Shown piece after piece: positions 12,118-26,683 of a DNA stretch of 64,000 nt. Each line of letters begins with the position of its first letter. The stretch's first letter is position 1. The stretch is from Eledone cirrhosa. Its lineage: Eukaryota. The stretch is from NCBI GenBank assembly GCA_964016885.1, contig OZ024749.1:42160001-42224000 (forward strand), written 5' to 3'. The translations under genes were made by a program, and so were the position numbers. Below the pieces are notes generated by a model. The model was not told the origin of the DNA and searched no databases. It saw only the letters and a list, made by a program, of their open reading frames with translations.

Positions 12118-12924
12118 TAGATTTAGGGTTGCGTCGGACAAGATGTCCCTTTAGATTCTGAGTTCAAATTCCACACCCACTCCAGCCCACACACAGCCAG
12201 CGTGGACAGGTAGACCTAAAAAAAACAGCATACTTGTTGAGACTTCACCCTGCAGTGGATTGAGAAAGATCAGGTGGACTTAGATGTGGGAATGAATAAC
12301 TACCGGGCTCATGGGAGAAAGTTACTAAAGATAGACTAGTATACAATCCAAGAGTTAAGCAGCGCTTCAATATAGAGCATAGCATACTATGTTAAACTGG
12401 GTGATAGATTAAGTCTACCACTCATGAAAGAGAAAGTTATTCCTGGATAATAAACATTTCACCCATTTTTTCTCCTGACCTCACCATTTCTAAACTGGTT
12501 TATTTATCTGATGATGGTGGTGGTGGGCGTTGGTGGCAGTAGTGGTTGTACTGTTGTTGGTGATTGTTGTTGGTTTTGGTACTAGTGTTGGTGGCTGTGA
12601 TGGTAGAGGTGGTGGAGGCGGTGGTGGTGGTTGTGTTACATAATTATATTAAAATGTGTCTCACTGATGAAATATGTAAAGAAAATCTAATTTAGTCGCA
12701 ACAAACATATCATCATCATCAGTAATAGCAATGACATACTAATTAGTGATGTAAACAGTTTTAATTAAATACAAGTAATATGAACAATAGAAGACTAACA
12801 GAAGAAAAAGAAAGAAAGATAGAAAGAAAGAAAGGAAGCAAGGAAGAAATAAAGAAAAAAGAAAGAAAGAAGACCAAGTATTTAGAGGAAGTTTAATTCA
12901 GACTTAGTATGGTGTCATTGAAAT

Positions 12925-13112
12925 AATTGTTTCTACTTTTGGCACAAGACCAGCAGTTATCCCAGGGTATTACCGGTACTTTATTTTATCAACCCCATAA
13001 GGATGAAAGACAAAGTTAACCTCAGCGGGATTTGAACTGAGATCATAAAGGGCCGTAACTCTATGCTGCAAAGCATGGTGTTCGACTCTACCGATACTGC
13101 CAATCCACCGCC
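12925..13112 (-). mobile_element. tRNA-derived SINE, full length
   Basis: Same A/B boxes and tail as the copies above. Confidence 0.85.
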
Positions 13113-13199
13113 ACTGTCATTGAAATAATATTTAGTAACTAGAGAGAGTGGAGGAGAGGAAACAGACATATAGACAGATATATAGACAAACAGACAGAA

Positions 13200-13336
13200 A
13201 GATAGATAGATATGTTTCTTTATTAGCCACAGGGGCACAAAAGAAGGGGACAAATACAAAGGGAGAAGTTTACATACAATAAAAACATGTAAAATGCTAT
13301 CACAAATGTAATTTTAAAATTAATCGATTTTCCCCA
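13200..13336 (-). mobile_element. LINE-like 3' terminus (AATAAA then (ATCT)n); second copy 24285-24424
   Basis: Two highly similar ~135-bp copies ending CCCCTGTGGC..TAATAAAGAAACATATCTATCT on the minus strand. Confidence 0.55.
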
Positions 13337-13943
13337 ATAGGGGGAGACATTTCATATGGGATAGATAGATAGATAGAGTATAAGAATGCTGTTATCTAAC
13401 AAGAAACTTATCCACCATCAAACAACAGTGATCACCACCCCTACCACAGCCACCACCATTGACACAACAACACCCACTACCACTGACATTATAGTACTGA
13501 CCACCACAACCACTACTACCCTCAACACTGCCAACAACACCAGTTTCGCCAGCACCCACATCATCAACATCAGATTCACCAACACCACCATCATTAACAC
13601 CTACAGCATCAACACCAATAATTATCAGGTAGAAAGCACTCATAAACACCTCCTATACAGGTAAATCCAATTAATCTCACCTAATTAGTATGACCTAATC
13701 TACTTTCAGACAACAATCACAATTTTCTACTTCATAAAGCTGCTAAATTTAACAACAAAACAACTTCGAAACTGCCTCATGCAAACCCAAGACGTACGAT
13801 TCCAAATTGTGTGTCACACACCACTTTATTATGTCACACCACTTTAGTATATCACACCACTTTAGTGTGTCACACACTACTTTAGTGTGTCACACACTAC
13901 TTTAGTGTGTCACACACCACTTTAGTATATTACTCATAATTAA

Positions 13944-14886
13944 CCCTTTCGTTATCATATTTCTATTGAGAGACACTGCATCTGATTTTCAAAAACAATG
14001 TTGAAAATAATCAACAATTTGAATGGAATTTCCTAACATAATTAATTTTCTAATTATTAAGCTGATGTTTGCAAAATAACTTAATCAGTCTTACATACAA
14101 TTATCATGGCACGGCTTTTAAATAATATAAACACACACTTTCAAAATAAACAGCTTAGTATAATAGAACCAGGAGTAGTTTCAGGCAGTTTGGTGTCAAA
14201 AGGTTTAAAATATAGCTTAGTATCATAGAATCAGGAGTAGTTTCAAGCAGTTTGGTGTCAAAAGGTTTCAAATATAGCTTAGTATCATAGAATCAAGAGT
14301 AGTTTCAGGCAGTTTAGTATCAAAAGGTTTAAAATATAGCTTAGTATCTTAGAATCAGGAGTAGTTTCAGGCAGTTTGGTGTCAAAATGTTTAAAATATA
14401 GCTTAGTATCATAGAATCAGGAGTAGTTTCAGGCAGTTTGGTGTCAAAATGTTTAAAATATAGCTTAGTATCATAGAATCAGGAGTAGTTTCAGGCAGTT
14501 TGGTGTCAAAATGTTTAAAATATAGCTTAGTATCATAGAACCAGGAGTAGTTTCAGGCAGTTTGGTGTCAAAAAGTTTAAAATATAGCTTAGTATCATAG
14601 AATCAGGAGTAGTTTCAGGCAGTTTGGTATCAAAAGGTTTAAAATATAGCTTAGTATCATAGAACCAGGAGTAGTTTCAGGCAGTTTGGTGTCAAAAGGT
14701 TTAAAATATAGCTTAGTATCATAGAATCAGGAGTAGTTTCAGGCAGTTTGGTGTCAAAAGGTTTAAAATATAGCTTAGTATCATAGAATCAGGAGTAGTT
14801 TCAGGCAGTTTGGTGTCAAAAGGTTTAAAATATAGCTTAGTATCATAGAATCAGGAGTAGTTTCAAGCAGTTTGGTATCAAATAGG
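13944..14886. mobile_element. Second TTAA-type MITE family with its right terminus amplified into a minisatellite; related copies near 7720-8042, 18860-19097, 60828-61140
   Basis: TTAA|CCCTTTCGTTATCATATTTC ... GGTATCAAAATAGG|TTAA. Confidence 0.65.
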
Positions 14887-14890
14887 TTAA
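14145..14890. repeat. 62-bp minisatellite, about 12 copies
   Basis: Unit AAAATATAGCTTAGTATCATAGAATCAGGAGTAGTTTCAGGCAGTTTGGTGTCAAAAGGTTT-like, near-identical copies at period 62. Confidence 0.95.
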
Positions 14891-15338
14891 ATCAAAGTAA
14901 ACCATTTTTTTTACAAATTTTCTGCTGGAAAGTACATTGAGCATTGATAACTTTGCATGTGATTGGTGCCTGTGTGTGTGATGCAGTGTGCGTTTCATGC
15001 AATCTGTGTATGATGTAGTGTGTGATGTGTGTGTGTGTGTGTGTGTGTGTGTGTCATGTATGTATGTGTGTATGTGCAGTGTATGTATGTGATATGTGCA
15101 TGTGTATTGTAATGTGAGGTGAGGTGAGGTGATACGTGTGTGCATGTGTGTTTGTGTAACTGTTATTGTATCCGATTATTGAGAATTCCTTGAAAACGTC
15201 TTAAGTTCCAATATGTCTACTGGAAATTTCCTTTCAAACTTAATCATTCTTATCCAAGCAGTTCCACACACAGAGAGGAAGGAAGTTGGTTTTGAATGCC
15301 AGAAATTGTATGGCTTTTGGTACAAAAATATTAAAATG

Positions 15339-15388
<50 letters not shown>

Positions 15389-16520
15389 GGCATTTTAATC
15401 CAAATTCTGCAAAGATTTTGATATTTCTATAACTGGTGTTGTGACATAGAGAGGTTAGATGATATCTTTGTTTTCACAGGATGTAAAAAAGAGACTACTT
15501 GAGTGAGGAAAGTCTGAGATCAAGTTTGTAGCTAGCAGGGAAAGAGACTACTAGAGTCGGGAAAGTCTGAGATCAAGTTTGTAGCTGGCAGGGGGTGGTG
15601 AATAGATTGGGTGATCGAGGTAGTATATGGAAAAATTGGTGTTGGTGTGGAGGTATTCATTGTAGTGATGGCGATGTTGATGTTAGTATTGGTTAAGGTG
15701 TTGTTGGTTGCAGATAACCATTTAAACCAGCCATTTCCGGCCAGAATCTCATCATACTGATGTTATGGTATTGTTCTCGAAATAAATATCAAAATCTCAT
15801 ATATTCGATATTATATGAGATAATTATGTAAGATAAAGCCTTTACTGTGAAAAATATAATAGTAAATATATAGTAATGTGAATGCTAAAGGGTTAAGCTG
15901 ATAGGCAGTTTGGCAAAAATTGGATCCAAGGTTGAGTTTTAATTTGTTGTGGGGCCATAGTGTTAAGATAAATTTGGGGCTAAGACCTGGAGAGAAATCC
16001 TGTAAAATCTGCGATGAGAAGTGGTGCACTGGTGTTGGTCGATGGTAGGGTCAATGGTTGCCTACACCTCTCCTGCCAAACCACACATAAAACAAAACAA
16101 TGTCCACACTGTATTGTAATCTGGCACTATAACAAAGCATCCAGTTCTACATGCCTGTAAGATAGTCGAGTTGGTGACACAAAAAAAAAACATCCAGGGG
16201 TTGATAAAATCAAGTATCAGTAACGCATTGGGGTTGATTTAATTGATTTTCTCCTCCCTCAAATTATTGACGGAGTGCTTAAATCAGAAACCAATATTAT
16301 GATAGAGGTTACAATGATAATGATGATGATTATGATGATGACAAGAGATCAAAATGGTGATGATGGTGATGATAACAATAACAACAATAACAAAGTAGGT
16401 TGAGAAAATAAAAGAAAACTAAAAAGAAAGCCAACTACAACAATGTCTGCTATGTCATCTAAAAAAATATTGAAAGGTGAAAAAATGTTCCGACTGTGTT
16501 TGTTTATATGTGTGTGTGTT

Positions 16521-16572
<52 letters not shown>

Positions 16573-16817
16573 CATATGAATTTTATTGGAATGTCTAGAA
16601 TATATAGACATACACACACAGACAGACATATATACACACCCATGCTAGCATGGAAGATGGTCGTTAAACGATGATGATGATGATACAGACAGACACATAA
16701 ATAAATAGACATAAATACGTAGAGATAGATATACACACACACACATGCGTACACACACACACATGATCAAGCACACACACACACATGCTCAAGCACACTC
16801 AAACAAACACACGCTCA

Positions 16818-16874
<57 letters not shown>

Positions 16875-17144
16875 GAAAATCAATTATGGAGAGCGATAGA
16901 GAGTAAAAAGCACAGCAATTGTTACATAGACCAAATGCAGTGAGTTCTACCATATTGTGATGATGTTTGAATATGTGACCCTAACCAATGTCACACTGAT
17001 AGAACCACACACACACACACACACACACACCGTCATGAGGTCTGTCAAGGTTTCATACAGTCAGTTACCTTTAGAACTTCAATGATGGCCGACACTTTCT
17101 TTAAAACATTTATTGGTAAAGATGTAGGAATAGAAATTCAGATA

Positions 17145-17183
<39 letters not shown>

Positions 17184-17249
17184 TCAGATTAACGACTATT
17201 TTCTATGCTTGCATGGGTCAGACAAATATATATTTATATATATATATAT

Positions 17250-17441
17250 ATAGGAACATGTAAGACCCCGACGGCTGAGCTCAAGCCGTTTCGACGGCTA
17301 ATTCGGTCCAGAATTAGCCGTCGAAACGGCTTGAGCTCAGCCGTCGGGGTCTTACTTGTTCCTATTACCCACTCTACTACCCTAAGTATTGAGTACTTTG
17401 GTGCGTTATGGTCCACCTGGTTCCTTACCACATTTCCTTCG

Positions 17442-17443
<2 letters not shown>
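17250..17443 (+). mobile_element. Young, CpG-rich fold-back element in (TA)n (family E); related pieces at 30980-31020 (-) and 63218-63345
   Basis: 55-bp arms (17250-17304 / 17311-17365, 1 mismatch, 6-nt loop), then the UU-bulge hairpin. GAAACGGC...GCTCAGCCGT is shared with the other two loci. Confidence 0.65.
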
Positions 17444-17478
<35 letters not shown>

Positions 17479-17589
17479 ACACACACGCAGGATGTCCCCA
17501 AAAAATGTATACACACTTTGATTATATTTATTTTGAAGTGTGCAGACATTGTATGGGGACAGCCTGTGATGGTCTGTGTGTATGTGTGG

Positions 17590-17634
<45 letters not shown>

Positions 17635-18405
17635 GTATAGGGTCCTAAACTCAGCCTGTGTTTCAATGTGTGAGAGTGTGCATCACACAAACCAATAAAA
17701 CATAATAGTATAGGGTAGTGGTAGTGGTGGAGGTGGTGGTTATGGTGAAAGGTGTTGAGATGGAAGGGAGGGGTGAAGCACAAACTATATCAACCTTGGC
17801 CTTATGACATCAGTTTAGTAAAATAAACCACAGTAAACACAGTAGCAAACATAGCAATGTCTTAACTGTTGGTTTTGGCATCTTTCTTACAAGAATTCCA
17901 TTTATTTATCATTCTTGTTTTTTACCATTTCTTACCATTTTTATTTCTTCTCTAGAATTAAAACATATTTTATTACAGTCTGTGGACATAGGGACAGAAT
18001 GAAAGAGTGTATATATAATATATGACTATGACTATTAATATATACAAATATATATACAAATGTATGTATATATGTATGAGTGTGTGTGTGTGTATATAAA
18101 TGCATTTATGTATGGTTATCATCATTATCATCACTGATGATTCTCCATACTTGGAAAGGTTAGACAGGATGTGATGCTATGAGGTTAGACAGGTCTGGTG
18201 ACTACATGTGGCTCATATGCTCTGTTTTGGGCTTCATTTTCAATGGCTGGATACCCTTCCTAACACCAACCACTTTACCGGGTTGACTATGCATACACAG
18301 ATACATGCTGGAACACAAATGAGCTGAGGAAAAAACTGGGTATAATAGGAATTCTGATAAAAAGTACCAGTCAAATACTGGGGTCAATATAATCTGTAAT
18401 CCCCC

Positions 18406-18438
<33 letters not shown>

Positions 18439-19586
18439 TTGCTGACCTCATGCAGTGTATATGAAGGGGGCATAGAACCACATTATGGAATGTCCCTTTC
18501 TCCTTTTAAGATACTAGTTTAAAATTTGTTAAATCTACAGTTCACACCTACATAGGTTTAGCTGGACTCCTATCAGGTTAATATAGGTTTCTCGGGTGTG
18601 TTAATAATAGGGTACCTAGTCTTGTCATGAAAAGTGATGTGAATGAAGAGCCTTGTTTCTTTCCAGGGACTATGTTGAAAAATAAACCTCATTTGGTCAT
18701 TCCATGAGAGTATCTTGGTCAGTCTATGAACTTTTCAGCTGATCCGCGTATTATAAAATTAATCAGAAGTTTATTTACTGCGCTAAACCAGGGAACCTAT
18801 ATGTAATCACTTTACCTGAAATAGCAGCTGAATCTCCCTCAAAGTTACGCCATATAATCTTAACCCTTTACTTACCAACCCGGCCAAAATCAGCTCTGGT
18901 TCTGTGAAATAAAATCACCCTTTAAAGGTTTTCACTTTAAATTGAAATCTTTCAACACAATTTTATATAAGAACCCTACATTAAGTTACTATCTTAGTAA
19001 TGAAATAATTAATAATTTTAGTATATACCTCAAAATTCTTCATTAAGTAATTAAAATAGGGTGTATTTCATTATAAATGCAGTCATGAAAGAGTTAAAGA
19101 AATAAAGTTTTGTATGGGTGTTGGTGTGGGGGGAATAATGATGGGACAGTCATCAAGTCTGGAATGTTTTTGATTATAGGTCTGATCTACTGGATCAGGA
19201 CTGACCTGGGGTTAAACAACAACAACAACATGGTTATGTCCATTGTAAAAGACGTTTACTAATTGTGTAAGTATTGGCCAGTAAATTTAGAAAACTAGCT
19301 TCAAGTTGAATCATAGAATTCAGTGGCTTAATTAAAGGCACATACAACTCATGTGTGGCTAATTAATTAACAAAGGCATTCATACCTCTCTTTCTCTCCC
19401 ACTCACTCACTCTCTCCCCCACTCACTCACTCTCTCTCTCTCTCTGCTCTTCTATTTTATAAATCTAATTAAGCTAATATTAAATTAGTATCAATTAATG
19501 CAATACTTTTTGAAAGGAATATTAGAATAAAACATTTTTTTAAAATAATCTTTTTAAAACTATGCAACATATTAATACGGTGGTTT

Positions 19587-19636
<50 letters not shown>

Positions 19637-20040
19637 TATATGTCAGTCTCTGAATATATATATCATTATCATCAGTTGCTTCTCAATGCTGGCATGGGTT
19701 GGATGGAATTTTCTGAGGCAGTGCTTTATGGTTAAATGCCATTCCTGATGCCAACCCTTTTCATCACCTCTTACATGTAAGGATATTGTATACCTATTCT
19801 AAAAATTGGGGTACATATAATCTTCCACTGTGGCTTCAGTCATTGGACTGTAGTCATGCTAGGGCACCACCTTCAAGGAGTTTAGTCAATCATATCGTCC
19901 CCAGTACCTATTTTTTCTAGTCTGATACTTATTTTATCGATTTCCTTTTGTGGAACTTTTAATTTACAGGACAAAAACACAGACACAATTATACATACAT
20001 ATATACATACACATGTGTGCACACACACACACACACACAC

Positions 20041-20074
<34 letters not shown>

Positions 20075-20294
20075 CATCATCATCCTCGCTAGCATGGGTT
20101 ATATTTATATATATTCTCAAAATAAGGGACATACAGGACAAAGACAATGGACAGAACAATGGAAAGATGGACAAACCCATCTCCTCAGTCAACCCCTGGA
20201 AATCACTACAGCTTCAGTAAAATTAACTGGATACACTTCATTACAGTGCACATTGGGACATGACAAAACAACTCAGGTAGAGACAAGTTATGCC

Positions 20295-20329
<35 letters not shown>

Positions 20330-20897
20330 TGACACACTTCCACACAGTTTCTGTCTACCAAATTCTACTCACAAGGCATTGGTCAACCCAAGACTACAGT
20401 AGACATCAGCCCAAAACTGCCACACAGTGAGAATGAACCTCAAACCACATGGTTGCAAAGCAAACTCCTTAACCACACAGCCATCCACGTGTACGTGTGG
20501 TTGCCTATGCAACTAATTCCAAATATATCCACATAATTAGTAACGAGAGAAACAGACTCATTAACTAATTACATTTCCAATAGAAAATCTCCCAACTATC
20601 AGCAAAGAGTGCAGTTTAAATGCTGCAACAGATAGGTCAATGTGCAGATTACTGCATCTATTAATAGGCCACACACATACTGCTGATCAGAGGAAGAGGT
20701 GGAAGAGGTGATATTGGTGTTGGCTAATGATAAGGGATTAACAGGTGCTAACTGCCAGGTAACTTACTACACCTGTCAATTGATGAGATACAATGTTAAT
20801 TAACTTCTTAAGGATTTTGTTTCCTTATGTAAATATCAACACATACATACACGCATATATATATATATACTCTCACACACACACACATACATATACT

Positions 20898-20944
<47 letters not shown>

Positions 20945-21649
20945 TCACATACATACATACAGATACATATTATAAATGCACATACACTCTTACATAAGTG
21001 TACGCACATACACACATAAATGAGCACACATACATATATATACATATATATAAGCACATTGTTGCTTTATGGAAATAGCTACAGACATTTAAATGGATAC
21101 ATTATCATTTATAAATCATCATTTTTCATGAAACCTAACATATACTTACTTTTCCACCATCCACCATATAACAATGACCACCACCACCACCACCACTACC
21201 AGTTACAATATTATATTACACCCCTTATCTTATCTCATCATAATTTGTATAATCCCCACAATATCCTCTCACATTTCATGTCTGCAAAATCCTTCGATAT
21301 CTTCCTGTTCAGAAAGATCCTTCCTTTCCAGTATGAGTAGTGGTATTCCAGTGACCTCTTGAATTTGATCCTTCCATCTCTTGGGAGGTCTATACTGTGA
21401 CCTGACCTTTTCACCAGGAAAGTCACTCTTATAGAACTTTTACACCATATACACCACATATCAACCACCACCATCCCCCTTTTTTTTTTTTTACAAACAT
21501 ATCAGCCATCATATAAAACTCATCACATATGCTATACTATCTATCCCCTCCACACACATAATAACATTGACCACATGCTCACACATATATAAACCTTCAC
21601 AAATGCATATCACACACCACACCACCTATTCATAGACCATACATAACAT

Positions 21650-21854
21650 CAGACCTGCTACTCTCTAAAAACCCGAACAGGGGAGGGAGTACCACGAAAA
21701 AAAAAAGTGCCCTGAAACAGGGAGAAATGAGGTAAAATGGGGAAATTTTACATAATGAAAGCTATACCCATTTTCACAAGAGAAGACATCTCTCACTCAC
21801 ACTAAAGGCTATTGTAACTCTCCCCCATTGGACGTGGAGAGTTACAATAGTCTG
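21650..21854. mobile_element. MITE with 6-bp TSD (CAGAC termini)
   Basis: CAGACCTGC...AGTCTG flanked by TAACAT on both sides; body homologous to 38438-38627. Confidence 0.7.
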
Positions 21855-22104
21855 TAACATTGTGATTGTGTGTATGTGCAGTAAAAATATTTGTGAGACA
21901 AGAAGAAGGAAGGTAAACAGTGCTCAATCTAGTGTAAGAGAGCTGATATATTATTTATGTTCATACACACAAAAACTGCTCCAATCACTCCTCCATGTTT
22001 TCTGCACCACTGTGTACAGTCTGGGGGGGGGGGGGGGGGTCATAACCGGACCTTGAAACTCAAGGTTGTGCTTTACTTGTTCTGTGTATGAACATAAATA
22101 AATT

Positions 22105-22155
<51 letters not shown>

Positions 22156-22191
22156 GTCTTCACATTTATTATTACTGTATGTATGTATGTA

Positions 22192-22230
<39 letters not shown>

Positions 22231-22321
22231 AGAGAGAGATAACATGCACTGAAGCTGTTAAACCTGTATGACCACACACACACACACACACATATATATA
22301 TACATACACACACACGCACAC

Positions 22322-22358
<37 letters not shown>

Positions 22359-22440
22359 AAAACCCAACATTTCCACTATTTCCTCCTGACACCATAGGCA
22401 CAACCACAACATCAAAGTTATTTACTTTAATCTACAGAAC

Positions 22441-22478
<38 letters not shown>

Positions 22479-22559
22479 AGTGAAATAACAGGGAAGGTTA
22501 ATGGAAACACCACTGAAGAGCCTCTCACCCACACATTATGTCTTTCTCACACTCTCTCT

Positions 22560-22822
22560 CTCAAATACACACACACACACTTTCTCCCTCTCTCTCACCC
22601 GCACACCATGTCTTTCACACACACACACACACACACACTTTCTCCCTCTCTCTCACCCGCACACCATGTCTTTCACACACACACACACACACACACTTTC
22701 TCCCTCTCTCTCACCCGCACACCATGTCTTTCACACACACACTTTCTCCTTCTCTCTCACCTGCACACCATGTCTTTCACACACACACACACTTTCTCCC
22801 TCTCTCTCACCCGCACACCATG

Positions 22823-22858
<36 letters not shown>

Positions 22859-22886
22859 TCTCCCTCTCTCTCACCCGCACACCATG

Positions 22887-22919
<33 letters not shown>

Positions 22920-23190
22920 TTCTCCCTCTCTCTCACCCGCACACCATGTCTTTCACACACACACACACACACACACTTTCTCCCTCTCTCTAACCCGCAC
23001 ACCATGTCTTTCACACACACACACACTTTCTCCCTCTCTCTCACCCGCACACCATGTCTTTCACACACACACACACACACTTTCTCCCTCTCTCTCACCC
23101 GCACACCATGTCTTTCACACACACACACACTTTCTCCCTCTCTCTCATCCGCACACCATGTCTTTCACACACACACACTTTCTCTCACTC
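22560..23190. repeat. Compound minisatellite: ~35-bp constant unit plus variable (CA)n, about 11-12 copies
   Basis: TTTCTCCCTCTCTCTCACCCGCACACCATGTCTTT alternating with CA tracts of differing length. Confidence 0.95.
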
Positions 23191-24142
23191 CCACAACCTA
23201 TGTTTCTCTCCCTCTCTCATACACACACACACACACACGTCTTTCTCATATTATGAACCCCACCCCCACCCCACCCACCCACCCCGTCCCACAGACACAC
23301 ACGTACACAAACGCCCACACTCACCAACACACACTTTATTCCCCACAAGTCACAAAATACCCCCCCACACACACACACACACACTTCCTCCTCACCCCCG
23401 CCCCTATATATCTTGTCAACCAGTCAGTTCACATCCTACTTCTATAATTCCACCTTCTCAGAGTTAAGGTTCAAACCTCTAACAATAAACAAAGACACAC
23501 TCACACAGCTGCACACACACACACACACGTTCATACATGTACACACAGACAACATACACACACACACACACATACACACACCTGTGCAAGTCAGATTGCA
23601 ACACTACTATTTATAACCACAACAGGACCTTCAAGAGCAATTATGCAAGGTGCGACACCACTACTTTGGTGGTGGAGGAGGGGGGGGGGGCAACCAATGA
23701 AGGACTCCTCTTTTAAAATTTCAAGGGTGTTGAGAGATTTAAGGTAGGGTGGGTGTGTATCATATTTAGAGGGCAGTAGTCATGAACCAGCCCTAAGCCA
23801 GGTTAAGAGACAGGGTGGGTGAGGGTTAAACTTACTGGCCCTTAGCAACAACAAAAGTGTTGCTAAGGACCAGTGCTTGCCAGGTCATGATTGTGTAGTA
23901 TGTGGTGAATGTTGTTGTTCTTTAAAATAAACAGATTAAATGGAAGATAATCTCCACCTCCGCTTACTATAATCCACTCTTCAGCCCTTCTGTCCAGCAA
24001 AGACAGGCAAGACACACAGCTGCTTGTCTTTACCAAGTAGTAAACTTAAAACACACTGATGTATATATCATCATCATTTAACATATTCTTCATGCTTGCA
24101 TGGGTTAGACAGGTTATGTTATAAGGCAGATCAGGTGACATT

Positions 24143-24274
24143 ACGCTCCTTTATGGTCTGAGTTCAAATCCTGCCGAGGTAAACTTTGCCTTTCATCCTT
24201 ACATGGTCGATAAAATAAAGTATTAGTAATGCACTGGGGTAATTGCTGGCCTTGTGCCAAAAGAAGAAACAATT
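24143..24274 (+). mobile_element. tRNA-derived SINE, 5'-truncated
   Basis: B-box GAGTTCAAATCC through tail GGCCTTGTGCCAAAAG. Confidence 0.8.
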
Positions 24275-24598
24275 ATATATATAGAGATAGATATGTTTCT
24301 TTATTAGCCACGCCACAGGGGCACAAAAGAAGGGGACAAATACAAAGGGGGAAGTTTACATACAATAAAAACGTGTAAAATGTTATCACAAATGCAATTT
24401 AAAAAATTAGTCGATTTTCCCCAAAGAGATAGATAGATAGAGAGAGAGAGAAAGAGGAGGGGGTAGAATCCTGACCACAGTGCCAAGCGGTCAGAATTTG
24501 ACCTATCTCTATACCCACTCTGCATCTCTTCATGCATTGAGTACTCCCATGATTAGTCATCTTCCCGGTCTCAGCACCACAGACTCTCTCTCTCTCTT

Positions 24599-24629
<31 letters not shown>

Positions 24630-24984
24630 TTCTGTTCAAACCGGCTGTAACTGGCCACTCCTACTGATGTTAAGGTATTGTTCTCTAAATAAATAATATT
24701 AAAATCTCATAGATTTGATATTATATGAGATAAAAACTTTACCATGAAAATACAATAGTAAATATAGAGTAATGTAAATGCTAAAGGGTTAAGACTACTT
24801 AAAAAAGTAAATAAATAAATAAATCCATCAAGATTGATTTATGGGCCCTTACCCCACTTGAGTTAATTCACTTTGCCTTTTATTTCCTCCTCTCTCTCTC
24901 ACCTTATTAGTCATTGTTGTATGTGGCCTCAATCAGCCCTCCCAGATCAGACCCATGTCAATATACACCCACACACATAAGTTT

Positions 24985-25112
24985 AGTACACGTACACACA
25001 CATGCCCCGTACACACAAAAGTCCAGTACACGTACACACACATGCCCCGTACACACAAAAGTCCAGTACACGTACGCACACATGCCCCGTACACACAAAA
25101 GTCCAGTACACA
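24985..25112. repeat. 40-bp tandem repeat x3
   Basis: CAGTACACGTACACACACATGCCCCGTACACACAAAAGTC. Confidence 0.9.
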
Positions 25113-26683
25113 CTCACACCAACAAGTCCAGTACACACACATACACAAGTCAAATACACACTCATACACACAAGTCCAATGTACACGGACATTGGATTGG
25201 GTTGCTATCAAAGGGGTTAAATAAGAACCCTTTAAAATAGAAAATAGGTAACAAGATGGGTAATTAAACAAAAAAGATCACACTGAATAATATAGTCATT
25301 GGTATGCAATAAGTCGCGATGGTCACGCCTGGAATGACTGATCACAGGTCTGTTGGGTCAGAGTGAAACAGCACCAATATATCTGAAGAATTAACTAGAA
25401 TTAACTCCTCACTTTACTAAACGGTGAATACACAACATATTCCAACCATTATTTGGCAAGGGAAATAACTTTTACATATCAAATATTTCTATAACCAATA
25501 TACATGAGACGAGTGATCTCCAGCCAGACAGAGTTCATTAAATATTTTGCAGGGTTCGTGAAAAAATTAGTTCCCACAGGGTTTGTCAGTAAGTTTGACA
25601 GTTCTTCATGATATTCTAAAGCTTCTAATTTAATATGTTTACTCAACACTAGTAGTTTAAACTGTCTCTCTATATTGTTTTTGTTTCTTAATGTTTGAAC
25701 AGAGGTTAGCCTAGCAGGACCCCATCATAGGCTTCGCACACATCACAAGGTCATTTTCAAGACAATGTTTTATAACCAAATAACCCTAACTGATACCAAC
25801 CCTTTTTAATCACCTCTTACAAAACATTTATAGTTTAGAGCACCTCTGAGTGATAGTTATTTGATAATACATGAAACACTGTTTTTGGCCACTTATAGAG
25901 TTTTATGCTATATTGTCAAACAGGCTAGTGTTAAAGGGTTAATAGTAAGAAAGGATTACTAGAAAGACAGGGTTATAAAAAGACAGAGTTAATACAAGAG
26001 GGTTGATACAATGAAAGGGCTAACACATGGACAGGCTTATAAAGGGACAGGGTTAATACAAAGACAGGGTTAATACAGGGAAAATGTTAATAAGGTGACA
26101 AGGTTAATATGGGCCAAGGTTAACAGGGCAGTGTTAATAGGACAACGTTAATATAGTGACAGTGTTAATAGAGAAATAGGGTTACTTAGTAACATTTCCT
26201 CCAGCAAATGTTTGAACTTTTGTTATTAATTCAAACTATTTAGAGATAATCCCCAACAATAAACAGTGTCATTTATAGTTTAATACCTTCAGTTAATCTA
26301 ATACTGCAGGAGAATGTTTCCTTACTGGCCTCACAACATAACTTCTCTCTACTGACATCACAACTATCTACTGAGACCATACAGTGAAATATCACACAAC
26401 ATAACCTATCTCCTCATAACTTCACAACATAACCTATCTCTACTGACATCACAACCATCTACTAGCCTCACAACTATCAACTGATGCAATACAATCTCTC
26501 TCCTGACGTCACAACACAATCTCTATCTACTGATGTCACACAACAATCAACTGACATCACAACACAATCACTCTCTATTGACCTCACAACATAACCACCC
26601 TGTATTAATGTCAGAACAAGCTACAGTACATTACAGCTGCATAGTTTATTGACCTGGTGGAATGGAAAACAAACCCAGGGTGT

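Noticed and set aside
22501-23447. Long ORFs (251-279 aa) and a CRISPR-like repeat/spacer appearance
   Set aside because: The 'spacers' are just (CA)n of varying length and the ORFs are translations of the minisatellite; no cas genes and a eukaryotic context.
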